DNA of 64,000 nucleotides from Lysobacteraceae bacterium (GTDB lineage: Bacteria; Bdellovibrionota; UBA1018; JAGTJX01): positions 154,904 to 218,903 of the forward strand of contig JAGTJX010000004.1 of the NCBI GenBank assembly GCA_023657465.1. Reading direction: 5' to 3'. Both the position numbers and the translations under genes were made by a program. The first letter of the stretch is position 1, and the number at the start of each line of letters is the position of its first letter. The notes beneath the pieces were generated by a model, which saw only the letters and a program-made list of their open reading frames with translations, was not told where the DNA came from and did not search any database. Of this stretch, positions 37,864 to 47,541 are shown piece by piece.

Positions 37864-39229
37864 TGAAAGAAACCGTAAATTAGCTGCAGGAGAGATCAAT
37901 CGAGATGATCTTTGGCCTAAGGTTGAGGAATGGAGAAACCAACCCCTAAATTTTAAATTCAATTTTGGACTAGATCAGCTGCCCGAGGAGCCTGGGATGA
38001 TCTTTGTTCGTGGCCCTAGACAGTACGGCAAAAGTACATGGCTGGAATTAGCATTACTCGATACAGTCGAAGACTTCGGTAAGGGGTCAGGATATTTTCT
38101 CAATGGAGATGAGCTCATTGATGCAAATGATTTAGAAAAAAACATATTAGAAGTCTCAACTGCATTTAGTAAAAAAGCAAAAGTTAAAAGACTTTTTATA
38201 GATGAAATTACATCAATTATTGGATGGGAAAAGGTCTTAAAAAAAATCGTTGATCGTGGTGAACTAAAAGATGTTCTTTTTGTAACGACGGGTTCAAACG
38301 CAGCAGACTTACGACGAGGAGTCGAGCGTTTGCCGGGACGCAAAGGTAAGCTCAATCGTACCGATTATATTTTTACAGGGATTTCTTATAAAGATTTTTA
38401 TTCACAGTGTTCTAAAACATTCGAAGACAAGACATGGATAGCCTATCTCCTCACGGGTGGTTCACCTATTGCAGCAAAAGAAATTTGGCAGTTCGAGCAC
38501 ATCCCCGATTACTTTTATGAAATTAATCGTGATTGGGTATTAGGTGAACTAGCGAAGAGTGGAAGATCGAGATCCTATGTCCTGTCAGTATTGAAAACAA
38601 TTCTCAATAAAGGAATATCGCGAATAGGGTATCTCGGACTAGCAAAAGAATCAGGGTTGGCTAACAACACATTGGCGGCGGAATATGTTGAGCAATTATC
38701 TGATCTGCTTTGTATTACTGCGTCTCATCAGTGGGATGCTGATAAAGAAGTCACCTTACAGAGAAAACCGTGCAAGTTTCATCCCATTAATTTGTCAATG
38801 GCGCTTTCGTTTTACCCGAATAGACTCAACAGTGTTCATGAATTTGAACAGATATCTGATCAAGAGAAAGCAAAATGGCTAGAGTGGCTCGTAGCTCAAG
38901 AACTCTTTCGTAGGCAGTGCATTCTAGGTCAAAAAATTCCAGATAACCTGCATTATTGGAGCTCAAAGGAACATGAGATTGATTTTGTTTCAAGTCGAGG
39001 AGATTTGTTTGAAGTGAAGTTGGGGCAGTCGAATCCTTTGGAGTTTGCTTGGTTTTCAAAAGTATTTCCTAAGAAGAAATTATTGGTCATCAATAAGAAA
39101 GAATTTGAAACGAGTCATGTCAAAGGAATTACTATAGAGCAATTCTTATTGAGTGACGGATTTCCGCATCCTTACCCAGGAGAGGTAGATGATCCAAATA
39201 TTTATAACGACTACTCTCGTTTTAACTAG
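37853..39229 (+). CDS. COG1373-family AAA+ ATPase (AAA_14 plus DUF4143)
   Basis: Walker A VRGPRQYGKSTWL, Walker B LFIDEIT and a DUF4143-like C-terminus. The gene looks AT-rich by eye relative to gpsA and hpt. Confidence 0.75.
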   Translation: MDVNERNRKLAAGEINRDDLWPKVEEWRNQPLNFKFNFGLDQLPEEPGMIFVRGPRQYGKSTWLELALLDTVEDFGKGSGYFLNGDELIDANDLEKNILEVSTAFSKKAKVKRLFIDEITSIIGWEKVLKKIVDRGELKDVLFVTTGSNAADLRRGVERLPGRKGKLNRTDYIFTGISYKDFYSQCSKTFEDKTWIAYLLTGGSPIAAKEIWQFEHIPDYFYEINRDWVLGELAKSGRSRSYVLSVLKTILNKGISRIGYLGLAKESGLANNTLAAEYVEQLSDLLCITASHQWDADKEVTLQRKPCKFHPINLSMALSFYPNRLNSVHEFEQISDQEKAKWLEWLVAQELFRRQCILGQKIPDNLHYWSSKEHEIDFVSSRGDLFEVKLGQSNPLEFAWFSKVFPKKKLLVINKKEFETSHVKGITIEQFLLSDGFPHPYPGEVDDPNIYNDYSRFN

Positions 39230-39264
39230 TTTTCAGTCAAATCTCTGTCATTGATTCACCCTTA

Positions 39265-39274
39265 GGGGGGGGGG
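39265..39274. repeat. G10 homopolymeric tract in a promoter spacer
   Basis: GGGGGGGGGG lies between TTGATT (39251-39256) and TAGAAT (39275-39280), giving an 18-bp spacer. Confidence 0.8.
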
Positions 39275-39316
39275 TAGAATTAGTGCCAGGAGATATTATA
39301 TGAAAATTTATTAGCG

Positions 39317-39799
39317 ATGTTGGTGATGGTTGGATTTTCTTTTTCTGAGAATGCACTAGCACAAGGGATGTACCCAGGAATGGGAATGGGTGTAGGGTTA
39401 GGCGGAATGCCTGCTGGTTGGTCGTGTAAATTTAAAAGCTGTAATGCAGATGCATATGGAGTTGGCACATATGCGATGGTGGAAAAAAAAGAAACAGCCG
39501 TAACAGTTTGTAAAGAAAAGTTAGAAGCATTCCAAAAAGGCAATCAGTTGTTTACTATGAACCCAATTTCAAGGACTGAGTCTAAAGAAAATAAACAGGC
39601 AAATAAGGCCTTAGCTGTTCTAATGAAAATATCTCAAAAAAAAGTATGGGCTGGTTGTCAGGTTGCCGGTGTAGAGAAGATTCAGCAACAGATGTTTGAT
39701 GAAATGGGCGGAGTATATTCTTCACCATCTCCCTCACCTTCTGGAGATCCAGAGCCATATCCAAGCTCAACTCCTAGTGGAAGAGCGAGAAGGCACTAA
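39317..39799 (+). CDS. Secreted hypothetical protein with Pro/Ser-rich C-terminus
   Basis: Signal-like N-terminus MLVMVGFSFSENALA. It is preceded by the SD-equipped mini-ORF MKIY at 39300-39314, whose stop lies 2 nt before this ATG. Confidence 0.45.
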   Translation: MLVMVGFSFSENALAQGMYPGMGMGVGLGGMPAGWSCKFKSCNADAYGVGTYAMVEKKETAVTVCKEKLEAFQKGNQLFTMNPISRTESKENKQANKALAVLMKISQKKVWAGCQVAGVEKIQQQMFDEMGGVYSSPSPSPSGDPEPYPSSTPSGRARRH

Positions 39800-40335
39800 T
39801 TCGGATACTTAAGATAATGAATGTCTTTGAGGTTACGGAATTTCTCTTCGAGATCTAATCCGTAGCCGACTAAGAATGGATCTTCAACGACGCGGCCTAC
39901 GTACTTCACAGGCACATCAGTTGCGACGCGTTTTTTAGACTTATCAAGCAGAGTGCAGACCTCAACGGATTCTGGCTCTGCTTTTTTTAATCTCTCATAG
40001 AGAAACTCAAGTGAACGGCCGCTATCAATGATTTCTTCAATGATGAGCACGTGCTTACCGCGAAGATCACTCTGGATGTCCTTCAAGAATGCGACAGTGC
40101 CTGAAGACGCACGAGACTTCTTCCCGTAACTCGTCATTCTGACGAATTCAATTTCTGGATCCATTTCGAGTTTGCGAATGAGATCCGCTGCGAAAATAAT
40201 CGTTCCCTTAAGGACTGCGACGAGAAGTAAGTTTTTGCCTTTATAATCTTTGTTGATTCTGTCTGCGAGAGACTGCACAAGAACTTCGATCTCGTGGTTG
40301 CTTAAGTACTTAGAAAAGTTGCGTTCATCAAGCAT
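39796..40335 (-). CDS. hpt: Hypoxanthine phosphoribosyltransferase
   Basis: PRPP-binding motif VLIIEEIIDSGRSL. Confidence 0.9.
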   Translation of the reverse strand: MLDERNFSKYLSNHEIEVLVQSLADRINKDYKGKNLLLVAVLKGTIIFAADLIRKLEMDPEIEFVRMTSYGKKSRASSGTVAFLKDIQSDLRGKHVLIIEEIIDSGRSLEFLYERLKKAEPESVEVCTLLDKSKKRVATDVPVKYVGRVVEDPFLVGYGLDLEEKFRNLKDIHYLKYPN

Positions 40336-40591
40336 TGGATGGGGGTACAGATTCCTGAGGTTGAGGTTTCACTGTTGCAACAGATTCAATAGATGCACCG
40401 ATCACTGCATCTGGCTTCACTGAGTTGTCATTCACTTTTTTGAACTGAGCTTCTTCCACTCCAGAGATCGCGTCTTTGAAGTTTCTGAACGCTTTGCCCA
40501 ATGAGTGACCGAGTTCTGGAACACGACGTGGTCCAAAAATCAGAAGAATCGCACCAAAAATAAGAAGATGTTCACCAGATATTCCAAACAT
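40328..40591 (-). CDS. tatA: Twin-arginine translocase subunit TatA/E
   Basis: An N-terminal TM segment plus an amphipathic helix, with the TatA consensus FGPRRVPELGHSLGKAFRNFK. Confidence 0.8.
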   Translation of the reverse strand: MFGISGEHLLIFGAILLIFGPRRVPELGHSLGKAFRNFKDAISGVEEAQFKKVNDNSVKPDAVIGASIESVATVKPQPQESVPPSNA

Positions 40592-40620
40592 GATTAAGGA
40601 TATAGCAGAGGCTGCAGGGG

Positions 40621-41961
40621 TTAGGCCACTGATTTTAGAGATTGATCTGACGCGTTATGCTTAGGAAGTCGGATCACAAACGTGGTGTTGGGGTAATTGG
40701 GATCATAGAGGAGTTCGCCGCCCTCTTGGCTGATGATGCCATGGCTAATGCTGAGCCCCATGCCTATACCTGAGCCTACTTCCTTAGTGGTGAAAAATGG
40801 GTCCATGATCTTGGCAGCAACTTTCTTGGGTATCCCTCTGCCGCTATCGATAACCAAGATCTCAACATGATGCTTGGTGTGCTTGGCTTCGATCCTGATC
40901 CACTTCTCTGAAAGCACCTTCATGTGCTCAGCAGAGTTGCTGATGAGATTGTAGAGCACTTGTGAGAGCTGGAGGTTATTACAATAGACGCTCGTGTTTT
41001 CGATCCCGCGTGTTTCGACCTCGATTCCTTGGGATTTGAGTTTCTCTTGAGAGAGAATGAGCGTGTCGTTCACTACATCGATGAGTAAGTGATCGGACTT
41101 GGGTTCTTGGCTGCTCGATCGTGCGAACTTCTTGAGTCCATAGATGACTTTTGCGATTCTTCTCGAAGTCTGAAGAATATTGGTGAGATTCGCGATCAGG
41201 TATTCATTCGTAACACTGCTCTGCTCGATCTTGGATTTTAAGAGTTCGGTGCGTCCGATGATGATGCTCAGTGGATTATTGATCTCATGAGCGATGCCTC
41301 CAGAGATTTCGCCTAAGCTTGCGAGTTTATTGCTCTGAAGGATTTGTAGTTCGTTTTCTTGGAGTTTCTGCTCGAAATAATAATTCATAGCACTAAACCC
41401 TGAAGTCGAGAGTAAGAAATAAATAGTAGCATTGATCACATGAAACTTAGCTCCCCATGCAAGTAATTCAGCTTCAATGGGAATGATCATGCTATGAATT
41501 TGTAGATAACCTAACATAGACAAAATGGTGCAAGCCAGCGCGGTGGACACAAAAAATATTTTTGATTTTAGTTCCTTTGAATCAAAAAGAAGATGAGAAA
41601 AAATAATCATATTAAACCAGTAAGGTTCCATTCCGATTTCTTTTGGATAAAAAAGACAAGTCGCAAGCAATGAGCCTTGTTGAGAAATGATAAATGTATA
41701 GCGAGCTGAGCTGTCGTTCTTTTGGGAATGTAAACTCCAGAAGACAAGTTGACTGATGACGGTAAAAACTCCAATCGATAGTGCGATGAAATTTGGATGG
41801 CCGTTAGATGCGAGAGCGACTGATGATGCAACAGCAGTGATGAATGTCGGAATTGCAATGATGTTTGTAAGCAATGTTACTTTTTGAACATGAAGTGGCT
41901 GACCTTTATGAACTCCTAAGTTCGCCCATTGTTTAAAAAATTGAAAAACTGTGTCGAGCAT
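40621..41961 (-). CDS. Sensor histidine kinase (polytopic N-terminal sensor domain)
   Basis: H-box LASLGEISGGIAHEINNPL, N-box and G2 box GIGMGLSISHGII, plus 6-7 N-terminal TM helices. No adjacent response regulator is present. Confidence 0.85.
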   Translation of the reverse strand: MLDTVFQFFKQWANLGVHKGQPLHVQKVTLLTNIIAIPTFITAVASSVALASNGHPNFIALSIGVFTVISQLVFWSLHSQKNDSSARYTFIISQQGSLLATCLFYPKEIGMEPYWFNMIIFSHLLFDSKELKSKIFFVSTALACTILSMLGYLQIHSMIIPIEAELLAWGAKFHVINATIYFLLSTSGFSAMNYYFEQKLQENELQILQSNKLASLGEISGGIAHEINNPLSIIIGRTELLKSKIEQSSVTNEYLIANLTNILQTSRRIAKVIYGLKKFARSSSQEPKSDHLLIDVVNDTLILSQEKLKSQGIEVETRGIENTSVYCNNLQLSQVLYNLISNSAEHMKVLSEKWIRIEAKHTKHHVEILVIDSGRGIPKKVAAKIMDPFFTTKEVGSGIGMGLSISHGIISQEGGELLYDPNYPNTTFVIRLPKHNASDQSLKSVA

Positions 41962-42025
41962 ACTCTGTATTTTCGGAGTATTCTTAACTAGACTTTAACA
42001 ATCTATTTTTTTCATAATTAAGGCG

Positions 42026-43231
42026 TCAAATGACTGACGCTTTGTCGATTCTTCGAGAAGTTTGATCGCCACGCTCGTTCTGAATGGAGATAAGGTCTCC
42101 TCTGCCGATTTCATTATCGGTCTTCCATCTTGCCTTACGTTTCCCAGTCTGATCACAGAGGTGGAACTCGAGGTCTGATCCTTCCGTGTGAGTGGGGCTA
42201 ACGAGTCTCGCTATTTTAGGGTGAGAAGTCTTGGGAAGGATCTTGGATCGCTCCCTATCGCTCTTAGCAATGACAAGATAACTATAAGGAAGCGACTTCC
42301 TGTCGATCGAGGCCATCTCATCTATCGCTTTCAAATAAGGAGGTCTCCACCAGGTCACTTCTTCGTGGCACCAGTCTCCCGCTTTCTCAAGAGCACCACA
42401 GGATTGGTGACCTAAGCAGGGAAGGAGAATTTTGAGTTTTGATTTTGTTTTCAAAATCCTAGCGATAAGGTGCTTGCGGATCTCTAGGAGCTTACGTGAT
42501 TCTGCTTTGAGAGCAGGTTCAACACCGATCCAGATTCCTTCGGGAGACAAGTGATCGTCGAGTAAGTAGAAGAGTTTTTCAGCGATATACTCGGTCGATT
42601 CAGTCGATTCGTTGAGGAAGTAGCTCGTGAGGATCACATCAAACTCGGGAGCAGTCTTAGGGAGTAATCCTCTCGCCCAATCAATGGTGCGGTGGAACGT
42701 TTGCACACTCGGTGCATAAGGACTACGTGCAGTGATGTGTCTGATCCATTCAGCTCCCAGTTCTAGCGCCTTTCGATCCTTCTCAACGAGAGCAATCGTG
42801 TCTGTCTTAGGGATGAAATCTGGAGAGAGGCGTGAGACTTCGCACCAGCCTGCTGCTGCAGAAGCCGGACCTGCTCCCAGTTCAAGTACGCGGGCGGACT
42901 GAGTGGAGAATTGAAACCCCAAGCGCTCTAATTCACCTAGGACGCTTGCGACTCTGACTAAGTTAGCGGGCATGTAGGCTAGAAAGTAAGCGGTAAGGAA
43001 GTGTGGGCTATCTGAGATCTTCTTCCAGTAGTTCTTGTCTGGGGCTAACTCGCCCTTACGGTTGAAGAGCTCCTGGTACTTCTTCACGTGGGGAATGATC
43101 GAACGTGCGAGGAAGCGCTTATTGGAGAGAGGAGCGTCCTTCTCGATCAATTCTTGGGATAAGAGGAACTCAGTCATCGCTGGTTCTAAGTTCTTTTTCC
43201 ATTCTTCTATCCACTGTGCTTGGATTTTCAT
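42026..43231 (-). CDS. Rsm22-like (COG5459) SAM-dependent methyltransferase with a Cys cluster
   Basis: Class I methyltransferase motif VLELGAGPA and a C-terminal CLGHQSCGALEKAGDWCHEEV cluster. The start was moved to MKIQAQW. Confidence 0.6.
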   Translation of the reverse strand: MKIQAQWIEEWKKNLEPAMTEFLLSQELIEKDAPLSNKRFLARSIIPHVKKYQELFNRKGELAPDKNYWKKISDSPHFLTAYFLAYMPANLVRVASVLGELERLGFQFSTQSARVLELGAGPASAAAGWCEVSRLSPDFIPKTDTIALVEKDRKALELGAEWIRHITARSPYAPSVQTFHRTIDWARGLLPKTAPEFDVILTSYFLNESTESTEYIAEKLFYLLDDHLSPEGIWIGVEPALKAESRKLLEIRKHLIARILKTKSKLKILLPCLGHQSCGALEKAGDWCHEEVTWWRPPYLKAIDEMASIDRKSLPYSYLVIAKSDRERSKILPKTSHPKIARLVSPTHTEGSDLEFHLCDQTGKRKARWKTDNEIGRGDLISIQNERGDQTSRRIDKASVI

Positions 43232-43256
43232 TTTGAGTAGTTTAGCCTTTATAGGC

Positions 43257-45035
43257 ATGAGACTCAACACTGCAACAGTAAAGACAGATCTTGCTCCTGT
43301 TGTAGTCATTTTGGACTCTTCTCTTGGGACTTTACGGCTTTCGGACGAGTTTCAGAGGTTGGGATTCGAAGTCGTACTCATTCCTGGTCAGAGTTTGAAT
43401 GCATTGAAGAAGTGGAAAGCTCCAGCAAACCGACAATGGTTCTCTCACCCGGGTTGGACAGACTGGGGTCAGCGTCCTGAGTGGTCACAGCTCGTTCAGA
43501 AAATGGGGGGGATCGCAATCGGCCCTTCATCCAAGATCATCAATCTCTTCTCTCATCTCATCAACTTCCTCTCAGAAGGTGCCAAGCATCAGATTCCTCA
43601 TGCATTAGCACATCCCTATCCACTCGCATCGATCCCTGAAGCAGTAAATGTAATTAAGGAATATCCGGTAGTATTAAAAAATTTAAGATCACCACAGTTT
43701 GGTTTAGGGCTAGTCGACATCAGTCATGCGGGCGAACTCAAGACCAAGGGATCTCTCTGGCTCGATCATGTGAACGAAGTTGAAGGAGATTCGTTTTTTG
43801 GAATTGAGAGATTCATTGAAGGCTCTAGACTGATTCGCTTTCCATTCAGTAGAGATACGGAAGGTGAAGTGAAGTTTTTCTCTCAGATTGATCACTCTCT
43901 TCAATCCGAATACAGAGCGTACATTCCTATCTGCCCTCCTCAAAATCTCACGACTTCTGTGATCGATGAAGTTAACGAGAAGATGGAGAATTTTATCAAT
44001 GCAATTGGATTCACAGGAGTGGGTTCAATGGATTTCTTAGTGGATGGTTCGAGGTACTACCTCGTGGGCGGTCATTGTGGTTTCAAGCGTGACAGTTGGC
44101 TCTGGGAGAAAGTAGACGGAGTTTCTCCGCTCTCTGAACAGCTTCGCTCTCTCAATCTCAGTCATAAGAGTTCTGCGAAACACACACCCAAATCCAAAAA
44201 CGAAACGACTGCTGCGATGGTTTTCCTCCGAGCAGAAGACCCGATCTATCAGCTTCCTTCTCCTGGAAAGATTTTTGAAAAAGATACGACAGGTAAGGAA
44301 TCGAATTGGATTTGGTCGGATTTGAAGCAGGGAAAAATTGAGGCCTCAGGCTCTGATCTGATCGGTGCTTGGGTGGGAGTAGGAAAGTCACTGAAAGATG
44401 TATTGAAAAGTGCTGAGGATGATCTCTCAAAGCTCTGGATTCATGGATCTCTCCTCACCAATCAGAAATATCTCATTGATGTCTTGAAGCACCCTTGGGT
44501 GAGGGAAGGCGCGTTCTACTTAGGATTCCTCCAGCATGAATTCATTCCGGATCACAGACCGCCTCTCGAAGTCATTCAGTTTGCAGCAGATGTCTGTGCA
44601 TCGCTAGTCAAAGCTCAGTCGTCCTTGAAGTGGTTAGTGCTCGGGTATCGAATCGAAACCAAGCCAGGTATCAAGATTGCTACTCCTGGATCGAAGCGAT
44701 TCGCTGATTTGGATGAGACTCTGTCGTACTCTGTGTACCGAGTGACGGATGATCGTTGGAGTGTGCGTATCGGACTTTGGAGTTTCTGGTGTGTGGAGCA
44801 GAGGAAGTCTACTCAGGGGATTAAGCTCAATGGTTTGGTTGCGGGAGTGGTGAAGCGTCTTGCTGTTTCAAAGGGTAAGCTCACGGAGCCAGGGGACACT
44901 CTTGTAATCGTAGAGTCACTGAGGCGCTGGGTCTCTCATCAGGTCTCGATTCCTGTCAAAGTACTGAGCTGGAAAGTCAAAGTCGGCGAAGCAGTAGAGC
45001 CTGGGCAAATGCTTGCCGAAATAGAGAAACCCTGA
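43257..45035 (+). CDS. Divergent biotin-carboxylase-like ATP-grasp protein with a degenerate C-terminal biotinyl/lipoyl-like domain
   Basis: The layout is collinear with biotin carboxylase (pre-ATP-grasp, ATP-grasp), but catalytic and biotinylation (AMKM) residues are not conserved; the protein ends LAEIEKP. Confidence 0.5.
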   Translation: MRLNTATVKTDLAPVVVILDSSLGTLRLSDEFQRLGFEVVLIPGQSLNALKKWKAPANRQWFSHPGWTDWGQRPEWSQLVQKMGGIAIGPSSKIINLFSHLINFLSEGAKHQIPHALAHPYPLASIPEAVNVIKEYPVVLKNLRSPQFGLGLVDISHAGELKTKGSLWLDHVNEVEGDSFFGIERFIEGSRLIRFPFSRDTEGEVKFFSQIDHSLQSEYRAYIPICPPQNLTTSVIDEVNEKMENFINAIGFTGVGSMDFLVDGSRYYLVGGHCGFKRDSWLWEKVDGVSPLSEQLRSLNLSHKSSAKHTPKSKNETTAAMVFLRAEDPIYQLPSPGKIFEKDTTGKESNWIWSDLKQGKIEASGSDLIGAWVGVGKSLKDVLKSAEDDLSKLWIHGSLLTNQKYLIDVLKHPWVREGAFYLGFLQHEFIPDHRPPLEVIQFAADVCASLVKAQSSLKWLVLGYRIETKPGIKIATPGSKRFADLDETLSYSVYRVTDDRWSVRIGLWSFWCVEQRKSTQGIKLNGLVAGVVKRLAVSKGKLTEPGDTLVIVESLRRWVSHQVSIPVKVLSWKVKVGEAVEPGQMLAEIEKP

Positions 45036-45047
45036 GAATCTAAGAGT

Positions 45048-45341
45048 ATGCCAGCTTACAAAAAACATGTCCCGCTTCCGGGAAAATCTGCAAAAGTTAT
45101 TTATGCAAAAATTGAATCTGAGATTGATCGATTTCTCTCAAAAACTCCTCTAGGAAAATATGAACTCAAGCGCAATGTTGATCTGTTGCAGATTGAAGTG
45201 AAGTCTTCGATGTTCACTGCAGTCCTCAAATGTGAAGAAGGCATTGTGATTTTGGATGGATCACTGAGTCTGATGGCGACGCCATTTAAAGGCGCTCTCG
45301 ACGAAGGCATCGATAAGTGGATCAAGAAAAACTTCGCATAG
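45048..45341 (+). CDS. Small hypothetical protein (PHA-system-family-like)
   Basis: 97 aa, beginning MPAYKKHVPLPGK and ending WIKKNFA. The family call is a weak resemblance only. Confidence 0.35.
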   Translation: MPAYKKHVPLPGKSAKVIYAKIESEIDRFLSKTPLGKYELKRNVDLLQIEVKSSMFTAVLKCEEGIVILDGSLSLMATPFKGALDEGIDKWIKKNFA

Positions 45342-45358
45342 AGAAAAGCGCAGGCGCA

Positions 45359-46930
45359 ATGGGCATTGCGACTCTCATGAGTCGTGTGTTGGGACTTGTG
45401 CGCGAGCAAGTGTTTGCTCACTTGTTTGGAGCTTCTCATGCAACCGATGCATTCAATATTGCATTCAGAATTCCTAATCTTTTGCGCGATCTCTTCGCGG
45501 AAGGTGCGATGAGTGCAGCGTTCGTACCTACATTTTTAAGAGTGAAGAATGATCAAGGAGACAAGAAGTCATGGCGTATCGCAGGTCTTGTTTTCAGGGT
45601 TTTGTTTTTGTTTGTGAGTGTTCTCACGATATTAGGAGTATTCTTCGCTGATCCGTTGGTTTCTCTTTATGCGAGTGCGTACCGTGCGGTTCCTGGAAAG
45701 TTTGAACTGACAGTACTCATGACGAAGATCTTGTTCCCGTTTTTCCCGCTTGTAGCTCTTGCGGCTGCATTCATGGCAATATTGAACGCTTGTGGAGTGT
45801 TCTTCATTCCTGCATTTTCTTCAGCGATTTTTAATTTGGTTTCGATAGTGACTGGTGTGATCTTCGTTCACTTCGCACCTGGGTTAGGTTTTGAGCCGAT
45901 CATCGGGATGTCTCTAGGAGTAGTGTTCGGAGGAGCTGCTCAGGCATTCATGCAAATGCCTGAGCTGTACAAAGTAGGTTACCGGTGGTCGAAAAAAACT
46001 TCGAATGAGCCCGTGTGGTACAGAGAGCCTGCACTGAAGCGCATGATGATGCTCATGGTTCCAGGCACCATGGGACTTGCAGCAACTCAGATCAATATCT
46101 TGGTCAATAGTGTGCTTGCTACTTCTCAAGGGGCAGGTGCGGTCTCTTGGCTCAATTACTCCTTCAGGCTCATGCAGTTTCCGATCGGTGTGTTCGGTGT
46201 TTCGCTTGCTTCTGCGACTCTTCCTGCGTTCTCTCGCGCATGGGTGAAGAAAGACTACAATGAAGCCACGGGTGCACTGACGAGATCTCTGAGACGTGTG
46301 CTTGCGATCAATCTTCCTGCAGCTGCGGGACTTGCGTTTTTAGGTGTGCCCATCATTCAGCTCATCTTCGAACACGGTAAGTTCACACACGAAGATACTC
46401 TCAGCACAGCTCATGCACTGGCAGCTTACGCTGTGGGACTAGCGGCTTACTCTTCTGTTAAAGTCTTCGTTCCGCTTTTCTATGCACTCGATAATACGAG
46501 AATTCCAGTGATCTCCAGTGTTCTCTCGGTCGTACTCAACCTCATTTTGAATCTGGTTTTCTTGAAGTGGATTGGATTTTTGGGGCTTCCACTTTCGACG
46601 TCCCTCACTGCGATTTTTAATCTCGCCTTCCTCTGGATTGCGATGAAAGTCGTCCTTAGGAAACATGGAGTCAAATGGAGTGGAGCAGAATTAGTTGGCC
46701 CAGTGGCTGGATTCCTTTTGGTTTCTCTCCTCATGGGAATAGTTTGTTCTGGGTTCGACTCGTGGCTAATTACAGTGGTAGGAGGCTCAAAAACAGCTCA
46801 GTTCTTAAGAGTAGGACTTGATGTGACTATAGGAGTCAGCTTTGTTTTTTTCATCGGACGCATCTTCGGATTCAAAGATGAAACTCAGGTACTCATGAGA
46901 CTCGTCAAAAGAATTTTCAAACACTCTTAA
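45359..46930 (+). CDS. murJ: Lipid II flippase MurJ
   Basis: SRVLGLVREQVFAHLFGASHATDAFNIAFRIPNLLRDLFAEGA and 14 TM helices. The ATG at 45359 is preferred over the overlapping GTG at 45317. Confidence 0.9.
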   Translation: MGIATLMSRVLGLVREQVFAHLFGASHATDAFNIAFRIPNLLRDLFAEGAMSAAFVPTFLRVKNDQGDKKSWRIAGLVFRVLFLFVSVLTILGVFFADPLVSLYASAYRAVPGKFELTVLMTKILFPFFPLVALAAAFMAILNACGVFFIPAFSSAIFNLVSIVTGVIFVHFAPGLGFEPIIGMSLGVVFGGAAQAFMQMPELYKVGYRWSKKTSNEPVWYREPALKRMMMLMVPGTMGLAATQINILVNSVLATSQGAGAVSWLNYSFRLMQFPIGVFGVSLASATLPAFSRAWVKKDYNEATGALTRSLRRVLAINLPAAAGLAFLGVPIIQLIFEHGKFTHEDTLSTAHALAAYAVGLAAYSSVKVFVPLFYALDNTRIPVISSVLSVVLNLILNLVFLKWIGFLGLPLSTSLTAIFNLAFLWIAMKVVLRKHGVKWSGAELVGPVAGFLLVSLLMGIVCSGFDSWLITVVGGSKTAQFLRVGLDVTIGVSFVFFIGRIFGFKDETQVLMRLVKRIFKHS

Positions 46931-46977
46931 TTCTGGGTTGTGGGGGGAGTGATTCCTTAGTATCGTGATCCACAATT

Positions 46978-47433
46978 ATGTCAGCTTACACCACAAAAGA
47001 AACCGTTAAGTTACTGTTCAAAAGCATCATCACTCGTTTAGAAAACAAGAAATTAGTGCTTTTCATGCCACAAAATAGAAATGCGATTGTAGACGAAGCG
47101 TACCATGTTTTGGCTCCTTTCGTTCTCTCTGAAGAAGATCTAAGAGAGATGGCGATGAGCAAAGTGAAATCTAAATCAGATGCACTCACTGATGCGGGTG
47201 CAAGCGAGCACCAACAATATAGAACTGCTAAGAACATGCTCCGCGAAGAGCCACTGACAGAAAACGAACTCAACGGCTTCTATTTTCAAGAGAGCTTAAA
47301 GGCTGTTTCTGACAGAGTGAGCACGTTCCTTATGAAGTCCAAAAACGTAGAAGATGTTTTCGGATCTGATGAAGAGATTGGTCTCGCTGTCGTTGACATC
47401 ATCAAAAAATTCAATCCAAGAGATTTACACTGA
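46978..47433 (+). CDS. Hypothetical cytoplasmic protein
   Basis: 151-aa ORF with protein-like composition; unknown family. Confidence 0.4.
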   Translation: MSAYTTKETVKLLFKSIITRLENKKLVLFMPQNRNAIVDEAYHVLAPFVLSEEDLREMAMSKVKSKSDALTDAGASEHQQYRTAKNMLREEPLTENELNGFYFQESLKAVSDRVSTFLMKSKNVEDVFGSDEEIGLAVVDIIKKFNPRDLH

Positions 47434-47541
47434 AAAACTTTTAGACAACTGTCAGTCGTTTAATCGGTCATTCATCTCGATCTGCAATCTGTGAGCTTAC
47501 AGCCATAAAAACTTGGTACGACAGATGCATTATCTGTCTGT

